Below, piece after piece: positions 8,042-15,811 of a DNA stretch of 20,000 nucleotides. Source of the DNA: an uncultured virus (IMG/VR IMGVR_UViG_3300046171_000218) (Duplodnaviria > Heunggongvirae > Uroviricota > Caudoviricetes); IMG/VR virus record IMGVR_UViG_3300046171_000218, one strand, 5' to 3'. The notes below the pieces were generated by a model, which was not told where the DNA came from, made no database searches, and saw only the letters and a list, made by a program, of their open reading frames with translations. Position 1 is the first letter of the stretch; each line of letters opens with the position of its first letter. A program made the translations under genes and the position numbers.

Positions 8042-11004
8042 TTAAGATACGCTGAGTGCAGTTACAGACTCACCAGATGCAAGTCCGATTCTTACGAGGA
8101 CGACATTACCATCGGCATCAGTCATATTCTGATCACCTAAAGTTAGCGTGTAACTACTACTTAGAGCAGTTCCAGTTTGTATTCGATCTCCAGATGTGAA
8201 CGCACAACCATCACTACCGTTACCGCCGTTTCCAGTATCACTACCAGGTGTACCAGAACCAGCATAAGTTTGATCTGCTCTCAACCAACCGTTAAGTCCA
8301 GATGCACTATCAATATTAGTTCCAGGTGCTGCGATAAACACACCACCAGAAATGCCACCAGAACTAGTGATACTCAATTCAAAGTTAGCAACCGCTTTCC
8401 GTTGGAAAGCAAAAGTAAAGTATTGAGTTCCTGTATCACCACTTCTATTTGGGCCAGCAGGAAGATAACCACTAGCGTAATTGGTGGTATCGTGATTGAT
8501 AACACCGAGTCTAACTGTTGCTTCTTTGGTTCCAGAAACTCCTGGATCAGATGCTTCAGAATAAAGACTGTTTGTATAGAAGTTGGAGACTCCGAATCCA
8601 GAGTAATCTGGAGTGTTAGTTGTCTGTGCGCTAAAATCAAAGATTCTTACGCCATCATTAGTTAAATCACCGTTTCCGAGTGAATCAGAAACAGCAATTG
8701 CAGTTTCGTTGATTCCACTTTGAGAGGCAGTATGAACTTGAATATTGGTTGCGATTGAAGAACTGTAGGAACTAGTTCCATTTACATTCTTTGCACGAAC
8801 CTTTACTCTACTTATCGTTCTGACAGATGATGATGTAATTGGAACTGAAAGACTTCCAATCGCATAAGAGGAAGAAGTTCCTGTATTTACCTTTGGAATA
8901 CCTCCCTCAAGCATTGTTGAGGCACCATCTATTTGTGCGTAGGTGTATCCAGAATTGGTTATAGCATTTGAAGATGTTCCCTCTTGGTTAGCTCCATCAT
9001 CAACTTCAACAATATCATTTTGATCTGTATAACATTGTCCGACAAGATGATCAATTTCAATACCAGTAACGGTTAGTGTTGGCGATCCCGAATTATAATA
9101 AGGGATACCAGAAACATATCTAAATGTTCCTGCATTATTTTGAGTGACAGTAGCACTCGAAACATCTACTGATGGAGAGGATGTTAAATCATCTCTCATA
9201 AATCCAACGGTATTAGTATTTCCTCCAGTGCTATGCTGAAGTTGCATACTATTTGTTCCAACTGAGAGTCCGCTAACTGCTTTTGCAACTCTTGCCTTAA
9301 ATCCTTTATACAAATTAGGATAGAAGGTAGAATTCGCAAATGTTGTCGATGTACCGCCAGAGGTTAAAAGATTATAATCACTTTCTGAGTCAATTGTAAG
9401 ACTTGTGTAAGACGCACTATCGTCACCACCTGTCAATACTCTCTGTCCATCAGCTGATCCATTTACTATTGCTGTTAATGTTCCAGAATCGGCATTATAA
9501 GCAAATGATGTGATTGGGCCTGCGGTTGCAGTGCCCGTAGTAACACGATTTACTGTGTCTCCAGTGCTTATTCCTGCTGCTCCAGATGTATTTTCAGTAA
9601 AACCGTGAGCTGCTTTGGGGCTAGTTCCAGTACTACTTACATTACTTAAAGTCTTAGAGCTAAGAGTATCAGGAGTTGCGGGAGAATCATCATAAACTTT
9701 TAAACTTACTGTTGATGAAGTTGGGATAACGCCTGGATTTGCTAAATCGTGCTTGTTTATAGTTAGAGTGAGTGTATCTCTACCAGTGCCACTCAGTGTG
9801 CCATCTGTCCAGGTATGCTGCAATCTATCTGCAGTTGTACTTGCACCACCACCAACAGTATTACTTGATATAAAGTCATCAGCAGAACCATCGCCCCAAG
9901 CCATGGTGTAAGTAGCACCAGAACCAACTTGAGTTGCGTTCGTGGTGTTGTTATCTAAGTAAAGTGATTGTCCTTCTACAACATATAAATCGCTTCCACT
10001 AAGTGCGCTACCACCAGAAGATGCTCTATAAAGATCAAAGGAAACTGAGGGATCGGGAGTATAAACAGTAATATAATTTGATCTTGCGGCAGAGAAAGAA
10101 TGTCCTGCTCCAGCACCACCAGTATTCTTGGCAACCATTTCAATACTGAATAATCCGCCATCAGTATTAGGTATAAGTATGAGATGGAGTAGAATCAGAT
10201 GTTGTTTCTAATGCTGATCCGTCTCCCCAATCAATAACAAAACTATTTGCATTGCCATCAAATCCAGTGCTTAACGTAATAGCAAATGGTGCTCCACCAG
10301 CAGTTGAATTTGCAGTAAATGCAAGTCCAGAAACTGCAGTGTTCCTCATTATATTGAGGGCAAGTTCATTCAAATCATCAATGCTATCACTAATTTTAGT
10401 TGAACTTGTAAATGTGTTTAAAGCAGCAGGTGATGTATAACTTCCATCGGTTGGAGAACCCTAATGTCATTGCTGAACCTTCACCAGCAATGGTAATATC
10501 TACAGTATCAGTATCGGGATTATAAGCAAAAGTATTACCTGCACCAATAAAGTTCAGATTTTGAACAGGGCCCGTTGTAATAGTATTTCCTGATGAATTA
10601 ATACCAATGTTAAATCCACCAGAAGCAGTTACGATGCCCGTGATATTTAAATCAGATGAAAATTCAGCGCCCCAAGAAAGGTTTCCTGACGCATCTGTGA
10701 TTAGTAGTTTTCCTGGTAGAGGAGTTTCAGGAAAAGTATAAGTGGTTATACCACTAAGAGTTGCAGGAGCTCTTAAATTAATACTGTTAGAGCCGTCCTT
10801 GTCAACAAGTTTGAACTCTAAAGGATTGGTGCCATCCTCTCTACCCCAATACCTACCTGAACCATAAAACTGGTTTGTGGAGGTTTCTGACGATAAACCG
10901 ATGTATAAATCGTATTTGTCAGTGGTAAAGCCAGGTTCACCTACCCTAAGTCCAGGTAGATTAGCAAACGCACCTCTCTTAAACTGAAGTACTGGAGAAG
11001 TCAT
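8042..11004 (-). CDS. ~986-aa structural protein: Mtd_N-like N-terminus, two PKD-like Ig domains, large Ser/Thr/Gly-rich beta region (split in the track into 10396-11004, 10167-10373 and 8042-10138 by +1 indels at ~10460 and ~10170)
   Basis: N-terminus LQFKRGAFANLPGLRVGEPGFTTDKYDLYIG; PKD-type signatures VIDWGDGS...HTY and MAWGDGS...HTW. Removing one G at 10459-61 and one C at 10170-71 (minus-strand bases) joins the three ORFs, and (2963-2)/3 is an integer. Confidence 0.75.
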
Positions 11005-11028
11005 TTAACCTATGATTTTTCTTGTTAC

Positions 11029-11035
11029 TATTTAG
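11029..11035 (-). promoter_or_regulatory. T4-type late promoter motif CTAAATA
   Basis: tatttag on + strand, intergenic, 25 nt before the ATG at 11004. Confidence 0.65.
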
Positions 11036-11041
11036 ATATTT

Positions 11042-11333
11042 TTAAAACGAGCCACCATCAAGATCGATAGTGTTATCAAGATCAGTTTCTAATTGAGTTA
11101 CGAAAGAATCAGGAAGATCAGAGTCTGTAACAGCATTAGTAAGAACAGTATCTGCAGCAATCAATTCAAATTTTGAAGTTGTTGCGTTGTATGCTAATAC
11201 AAATTTATCAGATCCAGGGTAAATTAGATACTGAAACGTCTGCAAGTTCTGATAGATTCTCCGCCACTACGGTTTTCTCCTGAGTTACAGTAAATTTTTT
11301 AGTTCCTGATCTTCTTACTAAGTAATCTGGCAT
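11042..11333 (-). CDS. ~96-aa small acidic structural/linker protein ending in DLDGGSF (+1 indel at ~11218)
   Basis: ATG at 11333 gives MPDYLVRRSGTKKFTVTQEKTVVAENLSELADVSVSNL; removing one C joins it to PGSDKFVLAYNATTSKFELIAAD...LDGGSF of the track ORF 11042-11245. LSELADV...VLAYN.T..KF is a common phage fibre motif. Confidence 0.7.
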
Positions 11334-11351
11334 TTTTTTACCCTATAATGG

Positions 11352-11358
11352 TATTTAT
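11352..11358 (-). promoter_or_regulatory. T4-type late promoter motif ATAAATA
   Basis: tatttat on + strand, overlapping the TAA of the upstream gene, ~19 nt before the ATG at 11333. Confidence 0.7.
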
Positions 11359-11686
11359 GATATACCTGCACTAACTAGTGCCATTCCTTGAATGACTCTT
11401 GTTTTGTCACCACCCTGCTGCAGTCAATAAGATATCATAAAGATATCTACCAGATTCCATTGTTGCTGTAGACTTCATCAGTCATCGTAATAGTAATTTT
11501 TCCAGTTGAAGATTCAATGGAAGTAGAAAAAGTATATGCTGTTCCTGCAGTAGGATGCTTTTTTGCTTTCGCAACAGCACTAGCACTGCTCATATTAAAC
11601 ACGGAACCATCACTATTCGTAATAGTAAAGGTTGAAGTAAAGTCTGCACCTTGTTCAATTTCTATGTTTACTGCAGGTACTGCCAT
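11355..11686 (-). CDS. ~109-aa Ig-like/BppU-N-like adaptor protein (+1 indels at ~11470 and ~11414)
   Basis: MAVPAVNIEIEQGADFTSTFTITN...STGKITITMTDEV continues after correction as TATMESGRYLYDILLTAAGGDKTRVIQGMALVSAGIS*. The I.QGADF...G.I.I......T..L..GRY.YD......TR..QG...V pattern is a familiar small phage beta-sandwich family. Confidence 0.7.
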
Positions 11687-11699
11687 GACACTTTTTTAA

Positions 11700-12119
11700 C
11701 TATTTATTTTCTTTGTTTTGCTTCAATAATTTAGCGAGATCAGCGGTAGATCCAACAAATAGTGCATTTGTGACATTTGTTGGGCCCTTTTGATGAAGAT
11801 TCTTCTTCAACATCTTTTAGTTTCTTTTGAAGATCAAGAAGTTTATCAGTTGCATCGGCAACGCTCTTGATTAACTGTCCAGCAACTTCATACGCTCTTG
11901 CCTTGTTCAGTTTCTTGTGCTAATTCGAGAATACCGTTAACTGCCTCTTGTCCCCTTTTCAATCAAAGAATAAAGATTTCCTCTTGTGTACTCATAATCT
12001 TTTCTAGTATCAGACTTTATTGCATCTACTTCTTTCTGAACAGGTTTTACTTGTTCAGGTTCGCTTGATACAATCTCACTCGACACATCAAACGCTTCGT
12101 CTAAACTATCAAAACTCAT
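11700..12119 (-). CDS. gp16: Terminase small subunit gp16 (~138 aa; +1 indels at ~11953, ~11901, ~11785)
   Basis: Reconstructed as MSFDSLDEAFDV...KDYEYTRGNLYSLIEKGQEAVNGILELAQETEQARAYEVAGQLIKSVADATDKLLDLQKKLKDVEEE...GPTNVTNALFVGSTADLAKLLK, the characteristic cyanomyovirus gp16 sequence, in the expected position after gp15. Confidence 0.92.
11701..11707 (-). promoter_or_regulatory. T4-type late promoter motif ATAAATA
   Basis: tatttat on + strand at the gp16 stop, ~15 nt before the ATG at 11686. Confidence 0.7.
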
Positions 12120-13126
12120 GATACCTGCACCATCGAATCCGAAGTCATCGCCAACTTCAATAAGGGCATCATCAGCATCAGTGATAACATTAACTGCAGT
12201 TCCACGAACATGTGATCCAGTGATAGGTTCCATCCTGTCCTCTTTTTGTAAAAAGAGTATTTCCTTCCTTTCTATCTACGTATATTGATTCGTTATTGAT
12301 ATTAATATATACGTTTTCTGCAATATTTGTTGCGTCGGTAACTTGTATGATATTAGTTGTTGTACCAATATCTTGTGCTAAGTTTGTGACAACATTACCG
12401 GTATAACTTTGTGTTGCTCTTGGAACAACAGTATAAGTAAGATCTCTGGTTGGTGTAGAAGAATCGTCTTGAACATATCCAACACGTACTTTTTTGATAA
12501 GATCTCTGGATGCTTTTGAGGTATCTCCAACGGGGCCGAAAAGGAATGTCTTGGCAGTGAAATCTTATTGTATAAAGTAGAGAGCGTCGTGTGCTATAGT
12601 TCCCCTCGTAATCATCTTGCATCGTGATATTTTCGATCACGATAGGAATATCTCTCTTTTCTCCAATAGTATCAACTAAATTTACTGAAAGTGTGTAAGC
12701 TGGTTGAAAATATGGTAAAATCTGTTCAACAATCTGAAGCATATCATCATTCAACTTAGTGAATATTGATAATTCAAATGACATATTATATGGAACAGGC
12801 ATATAGTTTTTTCTGATTGCCGTTGCAATACCTACAGTCTGTGTTTTGAATGTTTGAGTAGTGGTAACTTTTCTTGTACCATCATATTGCAGTCCTGTAA
12901 ATTCAAAGGACATTCTTGGAAGAGTAATCGCTGTTGGTTTGTTAAGATCTGGCGATTGCTCTAATCTTGCTAAAAACTTTTGAGTTGGCCCATATGCTAA
13001 AGGTACTTTAATCTCTTCGGATACATTACCAGCGGAGTCGAGATGCTTAATATCAATCCCATTAAAAAGACTTCCGAACGCAATGATCGTTCGTCTTAAA
13101 ATTTCATGGTAAAAGTATTCAAACAT
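12116..13126 (-). CDS. gp15: Tail sheath stabiliser / tail terminator gp15 (~335 aa; +1 indels at ~12561, ~12226 and probably ~12124)
   Basis: MFEYFYHEILRRTIIAFGSLFNGI...KVPLAYGPTQKFLARLEQ...TLPRMSFE...QIVEQILPYFQP is the gp15 family pattern. The corrected frame continues FTAKTFLFGPV...IKKVRVGY...IEVGDDFGF and ends at an ATGA overlap with gp16. Confidence 0.92.
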
Positions 13127-13146
13127 ACAGATGCCTTATGTAACTT

Positions 13147-13153
13147 TATTTAG
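13147..13153 (-). promoter_or_regulatory. T4-type late promoter motif CTAAATA upstream of gp15
   Basis: tatttag on + strand in the 29-nt gp14/gp15 gap. Confidence 0.65.
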
Positions 13154-13155
13154 GG

Positions 13156-14553
13156 TTAAGGATTCCCAAATGGATTTGATTCTGAGAAATCTAAAATCCC
13201 ATCATTAGCAAAAGTTTCAAAGGTATCATTGTCTGGATAATTATTTACTGTATTATCATCCTCATAAACGCTTATCACATAAGATGCGCTACTTGCTGAA
13301 CCCACAATAGTCTCTCCAGGTAAGAAGTCCCCTGTAGTATTAGAGTAAGTTAGAACGTTAGTAATAGTATTCCACGTCTTAACTATTCCTGTCACACCGC
13401 TTGTAGATCCGGTAATAGTTTCCGATCTAACAAATGTTCCAACTCCAGCAGCAGGTGGATCTGAAAGTGTAATTGTAGGAGCAGTTGTATACCCAGCACC
13501 AGCATTGGTGATATAAATTGCAGAAACTGTTCCAGCAGCAGAAACCACAGCGACACCAGTAGCAGTCGTTCCACCAGCACCTGGACTACTAAAGGTAACA
13601 GTAGGAGCAGTCACGTATCCACCACCTCCACTAGTAACAGTTACAATACCGACAGTATTATCAGAAATTCTAGTGGTTGCAGCTACTCCAACACCAGGAT
13701 TAGTGTTAACGCCAACAAATGCAATGCCTGGATTTGCAGTATATCCTGCACCAGGATCAATCATCATAACTCCTTGAACAACAGAACCTATTTCTGTTCC
13801 ATCACAACTAACAATATCGTCGCGTAGGGTAGATATTCCAGTTGCTGTGGTTCCTGATATAGGAGATGAAATAAAAACACTGGGTGGATAATTATATTTT
13901 TCTCCTCTGTTTGTAATAATGATCCTGCTGATAGCTCCGCTTTCAACTCTTCCAGAGATAGCTGTTGCGGTAGAACCTGATCCAACAAGAGTGAGAGATC
14001 TGATATTTCCCTCAGTGTCGAAGGAATCATCGATTTCTTCAATACCAGTATCCAATATTTCATCTTCCCCTCTGAATAGTTCACAGGTTAATTCGTAAAC
14101 GTAATTTTTTTGTAACTGATAAAAAGGTTTCTCATGTTCAACAAACTTTATTTCAAAAAGTCTGTCTCCAAGTGGGAAATAAATTAAATCACCCTCTTTC
14201 GGACGAGTCGCAAGTTCAATGAGAGGTAAATTTGTTATTAAAGGTGTGATATATGTTTCAAATCTTTCTTGAGAAATAATTAATTTAATTTCAGATGTTT
14301 GTTGAACTCCAAATTTTGATAAAAGAACAGTATTGTCGCCATATCCATCAAAATTGTCAACATATGCCTCAATAGGATATGATTGATTAAATTCTGATTC
14401 AATTACTTCGCGAATTATTGAACTTTTTGTTGCATATTGTCTTGGTAAGTAAAATACCTCAACGCCATACATTCTCAACTGTTCGTTGATCAAGTCTTGA
14501 ACAAGACTTTGCTCTCCTTGAGAACCTTGTAAGAAAAAAGGATTTAATACCAT
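13156..14553 (-). CDS. gp14: Neck protein gp14 (465 aa, long cyanophage form with Gly/Thr-rich insertion)
   Basis: MVLNPFFLQGSQGEQSLVQDLINEQLRMYGVEVFYLPR...RPKEGDLIYFPLGDRLFEIKFVEHEKPFYQL...C-terminal ILDFSESNPFG; located between gp13 and gp15. Confidence 0.95.
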   Translation of the reverse strand: MVLNPFFLQGSQGEQSLVQDLINEQLRMYGVEVFYLPRQYATKSSIIREVIESEFNQSYPIEAYVDNFDGYGDNTVLLSKFGVQQTSEIKLIISQERFETYITPLITNLPLIELATRPKEGDLIYFPLGDRLFEIKFVEHEKPFYQLQKNYVYELTCELFRGEDEILDTGIEEIDDSFDTEGNIRSLTLVGSGSTATAISGRVESGAISRIIITNRGEKYNYPPSVFISSPISGTTATGISTLRDDIVSCDGTEIGSVVQGVMMIDPGAGYTANPGIAFVGVNTNPGVGVAATTRISDNTVGIVTVTSGGGGYVTAPTVTFSSPGAGGTTATGVAVVSAAGTVSAIYITNAGAGYTTAPTITLSDPPAAGVGTFVRSETITGSTSGVTGIVKTWNTITNVLTYSNTTGDFLPGETIVGSASSASYVISVYEDDNTVNNYPDNDTFETFANDGILDFSESNPFGNP

Positions 14554-15401
14554 CAGCCTATCATGTCAAGAGGTGGAAGTTCATAAGTATTGGACATTTT
14601 TTCCATGATCTTAGTCTAAATCATTCTGTCCATCTTCATAAATTTGTCTACCGTTTAGTTCCACTCCGCCAGGAAGTTTAACTCCTTGGAACTTCATAAG
14701 ATTCTGTCCCCACTGACGTTTAATTAGGCAGTCAGATAAGGTTTGATGAAAGAATCATTGTAAACTCTTGCAAAGTCGTTTGGATCAACAGTTCTAAAAC
14801 AATCGATAATTATATATTCTCCTGCAGTAACACTTCCCCAGTCAATATCAAGATATAACCTATCCATTCTTTGATTAAATCTTATCTGCTTATGAGTATT
14901 CAGTAAGAAATCAAGATCTTCAAGATATGTCTTTGTCATAGCATATGACAACAATTCAGTATTCCCGAAGAAATAAACATCATTTAAGAATAATTGATAT
15001 TTCACACTAAACATATTGTTTGTGATTGAATTTCCTCCGGAAAATTGAAATATCTTGTTAACTCCTATAACAGAAGGAGGAATTTGTAAATAATTACTAT
15101 TTTCTTTATAAGAGAAAGTTGTAGAAGCACCATCAATCGTAGATGAAGCGGTAGTTGTTACGATACCTGCTTGGGTTACAGATGAAGAAGGACTTCTACC
15201 TCTATTGATATCATCTTGAGTTATTTGATATTTTAGAAATACTTGTCCTACCCCATCGAAATGTCTTTCGTGAAAATATTGAATGGCATCATCAACTAAG
15301 TCCTCGATTTGCTCATCAGCAACATTAATTTCGAGAACAGGAGCACCTAACTTTCTTTTGCAGTAGTCTACTAACTCCGCTCTAGTTGATGGTTGAGCCA
15401 T
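14553..15401 (-). CDS. gp13: Neck protein gp13 (~282 aa; -1 indel at ~14727 and +1 indel at ~14613)
   Basis: MAQPSTRAELVDYCKRKLGAPVLEINVADEQIEDLVDDAIQYFHERHFDG. The corrected C-terminus LIKRQWGQNLMKFQGVKLPGGVELNGRQIYEDGQNDLDKIMEKMSNTYELPPLDMIG* ends in a TGATG overlap with gp14. Confidence 0.95.
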
Positions 15402-15417
15402 GTCTATATTTTTTAAG

Positions 15418-15424
15418 TATTTAT
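15418..15424 (-). promoter_or_regulatory. T4-type late promoter motif ATAAATA upstream of gp13
   Basis: tatttat on + strand, overlapping the TAA of the 58-aa ORF, ~17 nt before the gp13 ATG. Confidence 0.7.
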
Positions 15425-15597
15425 GGATCTATGTTAATTACTGACAAAGTCTCTTGCTGCTTATAATAAAGTTTAACAAAAGATTTGGCAATACTTCTCA
15501 ACATATCTCGATCGTCACATCCATCTATTTCCGATGCAATTTTAGTATATTCAAAACTTTTAGTTAAGTTTTTGAGTTCAATTTTATCGGGATCCAT
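15421..15597 (-). CDS. 58-aa helical protein, NblA-like (putative phycobilisome degradation adaptor); not in the ORF track
   Basis: MDPDKIELKNLTKSFEYTKIASEIDGCDDRDMLRSIAKSFVKLYYKQQETLSVINIDP*, with a strong RBS (AAGGAGGcactca ATG), fills the gap before gp13. The ORF is well supported. The NblA-like call rests only on size and helix-loop-helix residue pattern (functional confidence ~0.4). Confidence 0.75.
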   Translation of the reverse strand: MDPDKIELKNLTKSFEYTKIASEIDGCDDRDMLRSIAKSFVKLYYKQQETLSVINIDP

Positions 15598-15811
15598 TGA
15601 GTGCCTCCTTGATTAACAGTTTTAACTCAGAGATTTCACTATGAATATTAGCAAGATCTCTCTCAACATTCTGTATTCTAGTACTCTCTTCATGTTTGAT
15701 GGTTTTATTCATCATATAAGAAGAGAAACCAGATTTATCATTATTAATAATCGCTCCAGTTTCGCTGTCTCTGAGAAGATTATTATGCCCCTCAACTTTA
15801 AGTTTTTTCAT
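15584..15811 (-). CDS. 75-aa conserved hypothetical protein with C-terminal coiled coil
   Basis: KVEGHNNLLRDSETGAIINND...IQNVERDLANIHSEISELKLLIKE; TAATG coupling to the upstream gene; a familiar small gene ahead of gp13 in cyanomyoviruses. Confidence 0.85.
   Translation of the reverse strand: MKKLKVEGHNNLLRDSETGAIINNDKSGFSSYMMNKTIKHEESTRIQNVERDLANIHSEISELKLLIKEALNGSR

Noticed and set aside
11350..11366. GGTAT...ATACC inverted repeat around the late promoter at 11352
   Set aside because: A 5-bp stem in AT-rich DNA, partly within coding sequence, is expected by chance.
10167..14730. Alternative genetic code or stop-codon readthrough as the explanation for truncated genes
   Set aside because: Each break needs a frame change rather than readthrough, and TAA, TAG and TGA all serve as genuine stops.
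11700..15401. gp13, gp15 and gp16 as true pseudogenes
   Set aside because: Conserved motifs are intact across every break and no nonsense substitutions were seen; the pattern fits sequencing indels.
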